A DNA stretch of 61,028 bases from an uncultured Spirochaetaceae bacterium (GCA_964654185.1 CAZZIE010000007.1:1-61028); one strand, 5' to 3'; numbered from the stretch's first letter, positions 1 through 9,827 are shown. A program made the numbers and translations. The notes: generated by a model from the sequence alone, not told the origin.

Positions 1-55
1 TATTATGCGATACGGGATCTGGCCCAGGCAAATCAACAGGGTTGTGGGTAGGTTA
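1..55 (-). repeat. Truncated copy (D) of the ~165-bp terminal-inverted-repeat element family
   Basis: 32-55 (ATCAACAGGGTTGTGGGTAGGTTA) is the exact 24-nt reverse complement of 27371-27394. The rest of the element runs off the window edge. Confidence 0.85.
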
Positions 56-129
56 TATGGGCTCGAAGACTCGCGAGTCGCCGCCATCCGGTGGATGTGA
101 GGCGCTCTAGTAGGGCATGCGAGTTCGAC

Positions 130-408
130 CTATGAAGCCTCAACCGCTTCAGCCCCAATCACAGTATCGCGGAGCTTCTCGACCGCTTCGAGAGCGTCAT
201 TGCGAGACTGGTAAGGCCCTTTCGATACGAGCGTCTCGCCGTCTTCAGCTTGGAGACGGAAGTTGAATGTCCCTCGTTCGTCCGTGTAAACCTCGAATCG
301 CCCGGCCTTCGGTCTGTGATCGAGCATGATTAGGTACCGTTTTTCCGTGTTTGGTCGGAAGAACAGGCCGCGTTTCCCCTTCGAAAAGTTATACTCGTCT
401 TTCATCAC
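130..408 (-). CDS. BrnA-like antitoxin N-terminus fused to a YegP/DUF1508-like domain
   Basis: The N-terminus MKDEYNFSKGKRGLFFRP resembles BrnA-type antitoxins. The C-terminus FEVYTDERGTFNFRLQAEDGETLVSKGPYQSRNDALEAVEKL fits the DUF1508 pattern. It lies directly downstream of brnT. Confidence 0.65.
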   Translation of the reverse strand: MMKDEYNFSKGKRGLFFRPNTEKRYLIMLDHRPKAGRFEVYTDERGTFNFRLQAEDGETLVSKGPYQSRNDALEAVEKLRDTVIGAEAVEAS

Positions 409-412
409 GCCT

Positions 413-703
413 CTAACCCTGAGTATACACCCTGCGCTCGCGCGTCGTCGCCAGCCGGGCAGATATCAGCCTGATTGCTTCATTGGTCGGGTCGCGGTAA
501 GAGCGCGTGTGAACCACGGCAAGCACCCTCCCGCTGATCGACATCCCGACAGTGACCCACCGATCCTCCTCCCTGGAGTGCTCTGGGTCGGGTATGGAGA
601 TGGCGAGTGGGTCGTCGAAGACCGAACTACTCTCCGAGAAACTGACCCCGTGTTTTCGTTGGTTGGCCTTTGCCTTTGTTTCATCCCACTGGTAGGTAAC
701 CAT
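413..703 (-). CDS. brnT: BrnT family ribonuclease toxin (type II TA)
   Basis: The C-terminal 96 aa of ORF 413-1180 read MVTYQWDETKAKANQRKHGVSF...HSREEDRW...IRLISARLATTRERRVY, the hallmark BrnT motifs. ATG at 703. Confidence 0.9.
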   Translation of the reverse strand: MVTYQWDETKAKANQRKHGVSFSESSSVFDDPLAISIPDPEHSREEDRWVTVGMSISGRVLAVVHTRSYRDPTNEAIRLISARLATTRERRVYTQG

Positions 704-737
704 GTTCCGGGAACTCTGAAAGGCTAATTGCTGTCGA

Positions 738-1835
738 TCAAAGCTGCAACACCGCCCCGAGGCAACCACGAAGTTCCTCCAGGGTCGGGAGAGCCCGGGC
801 GCCCTCCCGGGCGACCTGGTGGGCGGAGGCGCAGAGGCCCCACTCGAGGGCCGCGGCTTCCGGGTGACCGCGCATCCGGGCGGCAATGTAGCCGGCGTTG
901 AAGGCATCGCCGGCGCCGACACTGTCCACGACGTCGACGGGATGGGCGGGAAGCTCGGTGAGGGTGCCGTCGCCGCTGAGGAGTGCGGCCCCGTCTTTTC
1001 CGCGTCGGGCGACGACGGTGCGGGACAGGCCACCGGCACCCGTGGCGCTTTCCGGTGCGACGGGGCCCGGCGCACCGGCTTCGGGCGTCCCCGTCCCGCC
1101 CGGGGCTGCGTCCGGCATTGCAACCCGGCCGAGCGCCGCCATTGCGTGCCGCAGGTCGATGCGGTCGGCCCTTGCCGCACCTGCGGCGTCCGCGCCGGTC
1201 AGCGTTTGAACCAGCGGGACGATCTCATCTTCAAGGGAGCCGAAGACCGTGGTGACGTAGGGCAACAGCCTCTGAAGGGTCTCGCGGATCTCGTGGTTCC
1301 AGCCCCAGAACTCCAGGCGCAGATTGAGATCCAGACTGACGGGGATAGCCGCCTCATGGGCAATCCGTGCCGCCTCAATGATGGCCTCCCGGACCGGGGT
1401 GCGGCGCAGGGCGATGCCGGAGGTGTGGACCCAGCCGCAGGCACGGACGGCGTCGGCGGGGACGTCGGCGGGTTCCAGGTGGGCGTGGGCGCCCCCCTCC
1501 GGGGGCCAGACGGTGATGGTGCGGTCGCCGTCGGGGGATATGATGGCGAAGACGCTGACGGTGAAGTCCGCATCCGTGGTCCTGAGCAGAGAGGTGTCGA
1601 TGCCTTCGGCATCCAGGTCCTTCGCCACGAACGCGCCGTACCCGTCCTCTCCGACGGCGCCCGCGAACCGGGCGGGCACCCCGAGGCGGCGAATCCCCAC
1701 TGCCGTGTTTGCAATGGTGCCGCCGCCGTGAAGCTCCGGCGGTGCTACGGGCTCCCCGGGGTGAGCGGGGAGACGGATAATGAGATCGCTGTTCGCGTCG
1801 CCGATTGCCAGAACCGGCTTCATGCCGGCGTTCAC
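738..1835 (-). CDS. PfkB/ribokinase-family carbohydrate kinase
   Basis: GGTIANTAVGIRRLG and VDSVGAGDAFNAG PfkB signatures, with a Gly/Ala/Pro-rich insertion. Confidence 0.9.
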   Translation of the reverse strand: MNAGMKPVLAIGDANSDLIIRLPAHPGEPVAPPELHGGGTIANTAVGIRRLGVPARFAGAVGEDGYGAFVAKDLDAEGIDTSLLRTTDADFTVSVFAIISPDGDRTITVWPPEGGAHAHLEPADVPADAVRACGWVHTSGIALRRTPVREAIIEAARIAHEAAIPVSLDLNLRLEFWGWNHEIRETLQRLLPYVTTVFGSLEDEIVPLVQTLTGADAAGAARADRIDLRHAMAALGRVAMPDAAPGGTGTPEAGAPGPVAPESATGAGGLSRTVVARRGKDGAALLSGDGTLTELPAHPVDVVDSVGAGDAFNAGYIAARMRGHPEAAALEWGLCASAHQVAREGARALPTLEELRGCLGAVLQL

Positions 1836-2749
1836 GGACGGGTCAGCTCTTCGTAGACCGCCAGGGCGGCTTTGGTGCCTTCGCCCAGGGCGACGAGGAT
1901 CTGCTCGAAGCCGACGTTGGTGACATCGCCGGCGGCAAAGATGCCCGGGGCGGTGGTGCGGTTGCGCATGTCCACGATGATGCGGCCGTCATCATCGATA
2001 TCAACTACTTCTCCGGCCATGATGGAGTTGGCTGCAGGTTGCAGTTGGATGAAGAAGGCGTCCGCCTCGTAGGTGCTCTTCACGCCGTCGGCGTCGGCGA
2101 TCACGACGGCGTGGGCGAACTTCTCCCCTTGGAAGGAGACGATGCGGTCGCCGTCGATAAGGCGGACATTCTTCACGGCGGCGAGCTCGCGAAGGTGCAC
2201 GTCGTGGTAGCGGCCGGATGAGCGGAAGAAGAGGAGGACTTCCCGTGCCTGGGCGGCGAGCTCCCGGGCGTCTGCAACGGTGCGCCGGCTGTCGCCGATG
2301 AGGAAGACCCGACGATCCTTCAGGAGGTGCGAGTAGCTGATGGAGGAGTAGCCGAGGCCGCGGCCGGCGAACTCCCGCTCGCCGGGTACGCCGAGGGGCC
2401 GTGGTGTGACACCGGTGGCAATCAGGACGTACCGCGCGTCCAGAACGGAGGTGGTGCCGTCGGCACTTCGCGTCTCGACGCGGCAGCTCTCCTGATCGTA
2501 GGTGATGGCGGTCGCCCGGGCGCTCGTATGGGCGTGGGACAGGTACGAAAGCTGATTGACGTAGTCCTGAACGATCGCCTGGGGCTTGAGGACGCGGTGG
2601 CCCTCCGTGTTGGGAATCGAGAGCCCCTGGTAGGCCTTGCCGCCGAGGTCCGGGGAGACCACCATGACGTCAATGCCCTTGCGCAGGGCGTACATGGCCG
2701 CGGCGAGACCTGCGGGGCCGCCGCCAAGGATAATCAGGTCATGCATCAC
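1832..2749 (-). CDS. Thioredoxin-reductase-like FAD oxidoreductase lacking the CxxC motif
   Basis: ILGGGPAGLAAA, IATGVTPRPLGVPGEREFAGRG and TTAPGIFAAGDVT. The CxxC position reads YSSISY. Confidence 0.8.
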   Translation of the reverse strand: MMHDLIILGGGPAGLAAAMYALRKGIDVMVVSPDLGGKAYQGLSIPNTEGHRVLKPQAIVQDYVNQLSYLSHAHTSARATAITYDQESCRVETRSADGTTSVLDARYVLIATGVTPRPLGVPGEREFAGRGLGYSSISYSHLLKDRRVFLIGDSRRTVADARELAAQAREVLLFFRSSGRYHDVHLRELAAVKNVRLIDGDRIVSFQGEKFAHAVVIADADGVKSTYEADAFFIQLQPAANSIMAGEVVDIDDDGRIIVDMRNRTTAPGIFAAGDVTNVGFEQILVALGEGTKAALAVYEELTRP

Positions 2750-4104
2750 ACTACCCCGTCCGGCGCGGGAATGTGACCGCGCTCCATCATGTCCCGGGTA
2801 ACATCGCGGGAGCGGCGGATCATCTGGTCCGCCTGCGTCCGCAGCTCTTCGCTACTCCGGTGGTGCCGCGCGATTCCCTGGTCCATGGCGGTCTCCGCCA
2901 CGGCGACGGCAACATCCACGAAGACGCTCCAGTCCTCCATTGTTGGGAGAATGTGATCGGGCCGCAAGGAATCGCCGACGTTCTTCGCCAGCGCTTCCGC
3001 GGCGGCGTAGCACATCTCATCGGTAATGGTCGTGGCGCGGACATCCAGGGCGCCCCGGAAAATCCCCGGAAAACAGAGGCTGTTGTTCACCTGGTTGGGA
3101 AAGTCGGACCGTCCGGTCGCGATGACGGCGGCGCCGGCCTCTTCCGCCTCCCAGGGCCAGATCTCCGGGACCGGATTGGCGCAGGCAAAGACGATTGGAT
3201 CCTTCGCCATGGCGGAGACCCACTCCGGCTGAATGGTGCCGGGCCCCGGCGTCGCCAGGGAGATGACCACGTCGGCCCCCTTCATGGCTTCGGCAATGCC
3301 GCCCTCTTCGCCGGCGGTGTTGGTTTTTGCGCAGAGCTCCCACTTCTCCGGGTACTCGTTCCGGCGCCCGGCAATGTCCTCCCGGTGGGAACCGAGAATA
3401 CCCTTGCTGTCGACGACCAGGCACCTGCCCGGGTCGGCGCCGCGCCCGAAGATGAGGCGGGCGCACGCCACGTTCGCCGCGCCGGCGCCAATGAAGGCGA
3501 TCCGCACACTGCCGATTTCCTTGCCGACCACGCGCAGCGCGTTCAGCAGCCCCGCCAGGGTCACCGTCGCCGTGCCCTGCTGGTCGTCGTGCCACACCGG
3601 GATCTCCGCCCGGCGCCGCAGCGTTTCGAGAATGCGAAAGCACTTCGGCTGGGCAATATCCTCCAGGTTGATGCCCCCGAAGGTGGGCTGCAGGAGCAGG
3701 ACCGTGCGGATGATCTCGTCGGGATCTTTTGTATCAAGGACGATGGGTACGCTGTCCACGCCGCCGAGGTAGCGATACAGGAGGGCCTTTCCCTCCATGA
3801 CCGGGAGCCCCGCCTTCGGTCCAATGTCGCCGAGACCGAGGACACGGCTGCCGTCGGAGACGACCGCCACGGTGTTCCACTTGTTGGTGTAGTCGTAGAC
3901 CTTCTCGGGCTCTTCGTGAATCGCCTTGCACGGGCCCGCTACGCCGGGAGAGTACCAGAGGGAGAAGTCCGAGAGATCCCGAACCACGCACTTCGGCACC
4001 GTCTCCATCTTCCCGCGGTAGAATTCGTGCAGCTTCACCGAGTCTTCCTGCGGCTTCTGCGCCTGCCGGAGGCGTTCGTCATCAGGGGGGTGCTCGTTGC
4101 TCAT
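2746..4104 (-). CDS. NAD(P)-dependent malic enzyme (short type)
   Basis: [48 protein letters not shown] and DFPNQVNN motifs. Confidence 0.95.
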   Translation of the reverse strand: MSNEHPPDDERLRQAQKPQEDSVKLHEFYRGKMETVPKCVVRDLSDFSLWYSPGVAGPCKAIHEEPEKVYDYTNKWNTVAVVSDGSRVLGLGDIGPKAGLPVMEGKALLYRYLGGVDSVPIVLDTKDPDEIIRTVLLLQPTFGGINLEDIAQPKCFRILETLRRRAEIPVWHDDQQGTATVTLAGLLNALRVVGKEIGSVRIAFIGAGAANVACARLIFGRGADPGRCLVVDSKGILGSHREDIAGRRNEYPEKWELCAKTNTAGEEGGIAEAMKGADVVISLATPGPGTIQPEWVSAMAKDPIVFACANPVPEIWPWEAEEAGAAVIATGRSDFPNQVNNSLCFPGIFRGALDVRATTITDEMCYAAAEALAKNVGDSLRPDHILPTMEDWSVFVDVAVAVAETAMDQGIARHHRSSEELRTQADQMIRRSRDVTRDMMERGHIPAPDGVV

Positions 4105-4646
4105 TGGGACGCCATTGCCTTCTGTGCGTACTCGGCGTAGTTCCGGGCCGACTCGGCCAGGTAGTCGATCTCTTCCTTTGTGAGCTCCCGGATCGGTTTG
4201 GCGGGAATGCCGCCGTAAAGCATGTGGCGCTTCACCCGGGTCCGCGGGGTGACCACGGCGCCGGCGGCTACCATCGACTCAGATTCAATATAGGAGTGGT
4301 CCAGGAGCGTCGCGCCGATACCGATCAGACAGCGGTCCTCAATGGTGCAGCCGTGCAAGGTAGCCTTGTGTCCCACGGTCACCTCCCGCCCGATGTGGGT
4401 GAGGGTTCCCCCGTGAGGTCCGTGGACCATGCAGTCGTCCTGGATGTTGGTGTAGGCGCCGATCTCGATGCGGCAGACATCTCCGCGCATCACGGTGTTG
4501 TACCAGATGCCGGTGTGCTCGTGCAGGCGGATGTCGCCGACCAGGGTGACGCCGGCCGCGACGAAGGAGGTTTCGTGAATGGTCGGGAGAATTCCCTCGT
4601 AGGCGAGAAGGCGCGCGCCGAATCGGGCGGGATCATGTTCAGCCAT
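4101..4646 (-). CDS. Gamma carbonic anhydrase family protein
   Basis: Hexapeptide repeats with RGD, TNIQD, H...H(K)ATLHGC and a YAE tail. Confidence 0.9.
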   Translation of the reverse strand: MAEHDPARFGARLLAYEGILPTIHETSFVAAGVTLVGDIRLHEHTGIWYNTVMRGDVCRIEIGAYTNIQDDCMVHGPHGGTLTHIGREVTVGHKATLHGCTIEDRCLIGIGATLLDHSYIESESMVAAGAVVTPRTRVKRHMLYGGIPAKPIRELTKEEIDYLAESARNYAEYAQKAMASQ

Positions 4647-5031
4647 GCGGGCGCTCTCGCTCGTGCTCGAAACGGGCGACGAAATCCCGGGAGGTCACGT
4701 AGTTCGTCGTACCGATGAGTTCACCGTCCCGGTAGTACAGGACGAACGGAATCTCCGCGTTACCGAGACTCTGTTCCTTGAACCGGCGGAAATCGTCGAA
4801 GAAGCCGACCTTGTCGTAGAGGAACTGGTACACGGTGATGTCCGTGTCCTCCGGTCGCTCGCGCTTCTCCATGAAGTTCAGCCAGACGTTCATGGAGACC
4901 CACTGGGGGCACCATCCCTGGGTGAGCACCACTGCCACATTCTCACCGTCGGCGCGAACCGCCTCGTCCAGCTCGCCGTCGCGCATCCACGCCTTTGCCT
5001 GGTCGTCACTCAGCGTCTTTCGTCGAAGCAT
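4639..5031 (-). CDS. Thioredoxin-fold-like protein with a single-Cys WCPQW motif
   Basis: VAVVLTQGWCPQW and EIPFVLYYRDGELI resemble the Trx fold. Start set at MLRRK; the ORF overlaps the next gene by 8 nt. Confidence 0.55.
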   Translation of the reverse strand: MLRRKTLSDDQAKAWMRDGELDEAVRADGENVAVVLTQGWCPQWVSMNVWLNFMEKRERPEDTDITVYQFLYDKVGFFDDFRRFKEQSLGNAEIPFVLYYRDGELIGTTNYVTSRDFVARFEHERERPHG

Positions 5032-5117
5032 TGCTACCCTCTTCCCTGCGCTCTGTACCATACCATGCACTGCCGCCGCTGCCAAATCTGGCGAAGCACG
5101 ATATGATAGATGCCGCC

Positions 5118-6206
5118 ATGAGCCGCGACCACATGAGCGAGACACTGCGCCGCGCCGCCGAGATCACCGCCCGACCCGGAGAGATCCGCGCCGCCGCGCG
5201 CCTGGTTGCCGGTGACGGCACGGTCCTGGCGGAGGTCGCCGGTGCGCTGCCTCGCCTCCCGGGCTACCCGGCGAGCCTGCTCCCGGACTCACCGGCCACA
5301 CCGGACGCACCGGACTCACCGGTGGGCATGAACGGGGCCACCCTCTACGTAACGGTGGACCCCTTCGATCTTCCCGCTACGCTTCGCCATGGCGGTGCCC
5401 CGACAAGGGGCGACCAGTCTGCGGCAGACGGCGCCGCCGGACCCGATGCGGCCGCGACGGCGCAGCGTATTGCCGACGCCGGTGTGGCCCGGGTGCGCAT
5501 TGCCATGCCGCCGCTCGCGCTGCTGAGTCGGGGGGCGCACCTTCCAGAGGACGCGGTCGAAGCGGACGCGGCGGACGCCACCCCGCTTGGGGAGGCGCTG
5601 GCCCGCGCCCGAGTCGCCGTGGAGCTGGGGGTATGCGGTCCGGAGGCGCTGATCTTGAACGAGGCTCCGATCGTCGGCGCCCTCCGGGGTGCACCGTTCA
5701 CGCATCTCTTCGTCGTGCAGACCCTCGACGGCCGACGCCTTCGCTCGGATGCGTATTCGGCGGCGGTCATCGCCCTCAGAGACGCCGTACACCGGCGGTA
5801 CGACCGCGTCGTTGGCGCTGATCCATCGCCGGAGGCGGATCCTGATGCGCCCGTCCTGACCGACCTCGTGGCGCGAGACGACTGGGATCGGCTCACCGTG
5901 GCCACGCTTCCCCGGGTGTTCGGGAACGGCGCGGAAACCATCGGCGACATTGGGGTGCGGGAGTTGGCGGACGTGAAGCGCCTCGAGAAGGCCGTGTGGT
6001 GGACCCTGGACGGGGTCGTGGCGGTGAGCGGATATCGCGCCCCGGAGGAGACCTTCGGATCGGCGGCGGCGCGTCTGATTCGCGAAGCTTCACCCCTCGT
6101 CTACCTGCCGGGTAGCACCGGTGATTTCGCTGCTCCCCGCAAGGAAAGTGTTCTCTCTATCCTCGATCGGCGGCGGAAGCCCTCCTCACACACCAACTCG
6201 CCATAA
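5118..6206 (+). CDS. Degenerate RibD-like deaminase/reductase homologue
   Basis: ATLYVTVDPF, AGVARVRIAM and VAVELGVCGPEALILNE...GAPFTHLFVVQTLDGR follow the RibD layout. The HAE and PCxxC zinc ligands are absent. Confidence 0.6.
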   Translation: MSRDHMSETLRRAAEITARPGEIRAAARLVAGDGTVLAEVAGALPRLPGYPASLLPDSPATPDAPDSPVGMNGATLYVTVDPFDLPATLRHGGAPTRGDQSAADGAAGPDAAATAQRIADAGVARVRIAMPPLALLSRGAHLPEDAVEADAADATPLGEALARARVAVELGVCGPEALILNEAPIVGALRGAPFTHLFVVQTLDGRRLRSDAYSAAVIALRDAVHRRYDRVVGADPSPEADPDAPVLTDLVARDDWDRLTVATLPRVFGNGAETIGDIGVRELADVKRLEKAVWWTLDGVVAVSGYRAPEETFGSAAARLIREASPLVYLPGSTGDFAAPRKESVLSILDRRRKPSSHTNSP

Positions 6207-6368
6207 CCTGCTAAGAACCCTGTTGATGAGATTCCGGCAAGTCACGCTGCAAAGGAAGGTTACGCGGCTGTAGACTCGTGAAGGAGGTTTCGGACGGTCT
6301 GCCGCCGCCAAGCCATGCGGCTGTAGCACTTTATGGGATGCGCCATCAACAGGGTTCCGAGTACGTTG
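6204..6368 (+). repeat. ~165-bp TIR element, copy A
   Basis: Left arm TAACCTGCTAAGAACCCTGTTGATG (6204-6228), right arm CATCAACAGGGTTCCGAGTACGTTG (6344-6368), 115-nt core. Confidence 0.9.
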
Positions 6369-6442
6369 CTGGTGTCCAAAATTTATGACTGATTCGGTAA
6401 AATTCGCAGTCAACGGCAAAGTCCACTTGCTATCTTCGACTC

Positions 6443-7807
6443 ATGGGACGTTACCGACACACAGCTCCTCTCACGGCAGTTCTGCTCGCCTTCGCGGCGG
6501 TACCATTTGCAGCCTCATGTGCCACGCAGCCGGCCGGGCGGTCTCTTCCGAACCCCGATGGCACCTTCGACGCCATGCAGGCGGACCGTCGCGTGGGCGA
6601 GATCGCCTACGTCGGGGTGGACCGGCGGATCTACCTCACGGATCGGTACGGCCAACGAACTCTCCCTGTAACCGAAACCCGGGACATTCCGCCGACGGAG
6701 CTTCTCTTCGACATTCCGACGTGGTCGCCCGACGGAGACAGGCTCGCGTTCATGGGCTTCGACTCCTCCGGGGAGGGTGAGAGCCGGAGCACCATGTACG
6801 TGGCCGACTTCGTGCAGGGCAAGCTGCATACCAGCTTCGTCGCCCTGGACAACTCGCCCTTCTACCTTGCCTGGGACCCCTCGGGAGAGCGCATCAGCTT
6901 CCTGAGCTCGGATGAGGAGAGCTCCAGGCTGAGCCTGCAGATCGTGGAACCGGACGGCTCCGGATACCGGGTCCTCACCACGGGGCGTCCCATGTACTTC
7001 AGCTGGTCACCCCGCGGCAGCTACATTGCGGTGCACGCCGGCGGAGCCGGCGTCCGGGAAGATGCGAGAAGCAGGATATCCGTTCTGGACATGGACGCCG
7101 CCGCCGGCCCGGAGGAGCGGAGCATAGAGGCGCGTGCCGGGTACTTCCAAGCACCCTCCTTCTCCCCTGCGGGGCGCCGGTTCGCCGCCGCCGTCATTGA
7201 CGATGAGGGTAATCGCAGTCTGGATGTGTACGCCTCGGATGGTGAACGTCTGGCGACGGTGTCGGCACTCAACAGGTTTGTTGCCTTCGACTGGTCCCCG
7301 ACGGGAGAGCAGATCGCCTTCATTGACGGATTCAACTCACCCTTCGGCGGGGTCCTGGGGCGCTTTCGCCTCATCGATCTGACGGGATCGGCGACGACGG
7401 TCGATCTCAATGTAACCGAGGCGCCGATAACATCGGCCACTGCTTTCTTCTGGTCCCCCGATGGAAGCAAGATCGCCATTCTCGAGACCTTGCCCGGGCC
7501 CGACCAGGAGCAGGTCTCGCGGTTCTATCTGACACTCTCGATTCTGGATACCGAAACCCGACAGGTGCGACGGGTTGGACCGTTCATTCCGACTGCGACG
7601 TTCGCGACGCAAGTCGTGCCCTTCTTCGATCAGTACCAGCGCTCCACGACCCCCTGGGCGCCGGACAGTTCGGCCCTGGTGATCGCGGCCATGTCGCCGG
7701 AGAACCGGCCGGGCATCTATCTGATCGATCTCAGCGAGGAGCGGCCACAGTACAGCAAGGTGGCCGAGGGGCGCATGGCGTTCTGGCGCCCCGCGCCGGA
7801 CGAGTAG
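6443..7807 (+). CDS. TolB-like/PD40 beta-propeller lipoprotein
   Basis: Lipobox FAASC and repeated WSPDG/WSPRG/FSPAG blades. Confidence 0.8.
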   Translation: MGRYRHTAPLTAVLLAFAAVPFAASCATQPAGRSLPNPDGTFDAMQADRRVGEIAYVGVDRRIYLTDRYGQRTLPVTETRDIPPTELLFDIPTWSPDGDRLAFMGFDSSGEGESRSTMYVADFVQGKLHTSFVALDNSPFYLAWDPSGERISFLSSDEESSRLSLQIVEPDGSGYRVLTTGRPMYFSWSPRGSYIAVHAGGAGVREDARSRISVLDMDAAAGPEERSIEARAGYFQAPSFSPAGRRFAAAVIDDEGNRSLDVYASDGERLATVSALNRFVAFDWSPTGEQIAFIDGFNSPFGGVLGRFRLIDLTGSATTVDLNVTEAPITSATAFFWSPDGSKIAILETLPGPDQEQVSRFYLTLSILDTETRQVRRVGPFIPTATFATQVVPFFDQYQRSTTPWAPDSSALVIAAMSPENRPGIYLIDLSEERPQYSKVAEGRMAFWRPAPDE

Positions 7808-7925
7808 GACGGCCGACCCCGGGGCGGTCCGGTAGCGGGCCGGGGGCCGGCCTCGCGCGGGGCCCGTGGCCGCCCGGTTTGCTTTGCACGGGGCGACTTG
7901 ATCTCCGACCCCGCGCCGGGTCGGT

Positions 7926-9158
7926 TCACTCCGGGGCGGCTTCCGCTTTCGAGCCTTCCGTTTCCACGCCTTCCGACTCGTGGTGCGTCACTTTGGGATC
8001 GAGCAGTGGCACCAGGAGCAGGCTGCCCAGCATAAGAGCTCCAAGGACGATGAAGCCGAGGTAGAACACTCCCAGGTCGCCGAGGACGCCCATGCCGGCG
8101 GGAAAGAGACCGGCGCCGACGGTGTTGACCGCCGGGATCATGAGGCTCACCACCAGGTTGCGACTGGTTGCCGTCCCGATCCGGGAGAGCGCCGAGAGCG
8201 CCGCGGGAAAGAAGGCGGCAACCACCGCGGGTTGCAGAAAGACCACCGCCACGAGGGGCCCCCCGTGCAACACACCGAATAGCAGGGTAAGCACGCCGCC
8301 GACGCCCACCACCGTTCCAATAAGGACCCGTTCGCCCAGGCGGTCCCGAAGCACTCCCGACACGAAGACCATGACAATGCCCGATACGCGGGACAGACCG
8401 ACCACGGTGTTCACCGTCGATTGGTCGAAGTTGCGCTCGGATGTGAGATACGTCGGCAGGATGGAGAAGACACCGAGCGCCGCCGATGCGGCCAGGATGA
8501 AGAAGGTCGCCACAGCCCAGAAGCGCCTTTGCCGAAGGAGCTCGGTCACCGTCGAGAAGCGCGGCGGTTCGCCGCGGAAGCGCCCCGCCCTGGATGTCAG
8601 TGAGAATACCACCAGCATTACCAGCACAGCGGCTCCGAGTATCGCGATCACACCGCGCCAGGATGTTACCGGCAGAAGCAGGTTGGTGAGAAAGGGCGCC
8701 GAGACGAAGGCGAGATTCGGGCCCAGGTCGTGGAAGGCGATCGCCTTGCCCCAATCCCGGGGCGAAACCATCTCGGTGAGCGTCGCTATGCCGGAGGGTG
8801 CGTACAACCCGGCTCCGGCGCCGAGGAAGAACACGCTCACCTGGATGAGTCGCAGGTTCGGACTCACTGCGGTGAGCAGAAGAGCCACGCCCGTCACGAC
8901 GGAGGCAACCTGGATGGTGGCGCGGTGATCGATGGCGCGGGCCACGAAGCCCGACAGGAGCATGGTAATGCTGTACCCCACCGCCATGATGAGGAACAGG
9001 CTCCCCGTAACCGCGTGGCCGACCCCCAGATCGGCACCGATCTCAACCAGCAGCGGGCTGAAGACAAGGCGGCCGAGGAAGTTGAGATAGATCGTCCCCG
9101 TCAGCAGGAGTACAGGGGCGGGATTGAATGGACGGAGGGTGCTCGTCGTATCGGTCAT
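7926..9158 (-). CDS. MFS transporter
   Basis: About 12 hydrophobic segments, with an MFS-like GFVARAIDHR loop. Confidence 0.85.
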   Translation of the reverse strand: MTDTTSTLRPFNPAPVLLLTGTIYLNFLGRLVFSPLLVEIGADLGVGHAVTGSLFLIMAVGYSITMLLSGFVARAIDHRATIQVASVVTGVALLLTAVSPNLRLIQVSVFFLGAGAGLYAPSGIATLTEMVSPRDWGKAIAFHDLGPNLAFVSAPFLTNLLLPVTSWRGVIAILGAAVLVMLVVFSLTSRAGRFRGEPPRFSTVTELLRQRRFWAVATFFILAASAALGVFSILPTYLTSERNFDQSTVNTVVGLSRVSGIVMVFVSGVLRDRLGERVLIGTVVGVGGVLTLLFGVLHGGPLVAVVFLQPAVVAAFFPAALSALSRIGTATSRNLVVSLMIPAVNTVGAGLFPAGMGVLGDLGVFYLGFIVLGALMLGSLLLVPLLDPKVTHHESEGVETEGSKAEAAPE

Positions 9159-9195
9159 TTTCGGGTCGCCGCTGCCGGTCCGTTACGGCCGGGGC

Positions 9196-9816
9196 TCACG
9201 GCCGCGGGCCCAGGTCCACGATCTCGTGTATGAAGGCGTAGTTGCTTCCGGCAAGGCGGCCCACCGGCTTCAGGGTCTTATGGTCAATGTGCAAACGCTC
9301 ATTGACAAGATCCTTCCGCACGGAGACGGTGACGACTTCTCCCAGCACCAGGGTGGCGCTGCCGGGACCGTTTCCGACCTGGATGCTGTCGTAGAGGGTG
9401 CACTCCAGGCGAATGGGGCTCTCCGCGAGGGACGGCGGGCGAACCCTCTGCGACGTCTCCGGCGTGAGCCCATACAGATCGAGCTCACTCTTCTCCGGCG
9501 GGTAGTCCCCCGAAGACCCGTGCATGGCAACCTCATTGGGCTCGCTCACCACATTGATGACGAACTCCCCGGTAGCGCGGATGTTCCGCAGAGTGTCCTT
9601 GGCGTTCTCCGGTCGGTCCGGGTGATAACTGAAGGAGACCGAGACGACCGCCGGGCGTGAGGAGACTCCGTTGAAGTAGCTGAAGGGTGCCAGATTGACG
9701 ACGCCCGCATCGTTCACTGAGGTGATCCACGCGATAGGCCTGGGTACAACACAACCAATCATGAGCTTATAGACCTCACGAGGCGTGAGATCATCGGGAG
9801 TCAGGTGTGTGAACAT
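9196..9816 (-). CDS. Flavin reductase family (FMN-binding) protein
   Basis: VVPRPIAWITS...NLAPFSYF, KDTLRNIRATGEFVINVV and GRLAGSNY. Confidence 0.9.
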   Translation of the reverse strand: MFTHLTPDDLTPREVYKLMIGCVVPRPIAWITSVNDAGVVNLAPFSYFNGVSSRPAVVSVSFSYHPDRPENAKDTLRNIRATGEFVINVVSEPNEVAMHGSSGDYPPEKSELDLYGLTPETSQRVRPPSLAESPIRLECTLYDSIQVGNGPGSATLVLGEVVTVSVRKDLVNERLHIDHKTLKPVGRLAGSNYAFIHEIVDLGPRP

Positions 9817-9827
9817 GTACCTGCAGC

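Noticed and set aside
704-1180. N-terminal 159-aa extension of BrnT in the ORF track
   Set aside because: It overlaps the PfkB gene in another frame and is Pro/Arg-rich noise. The BrnT family N-terminus begins at 703.
6204-6368. TIR elements interpreted as a CRISPR array or as bona fide integron attC sites
   Set aside because: The copies are dispersed inverted pairs, not repeat-spacer arrays, and there are no cas genes. The arms pair without the extrahelical bases typical of attC, the length exceeds typical attC sites, the neighbours are housekeeping genes and no intI is present. The attC resemblance is kept only as an alternative hypothesis.
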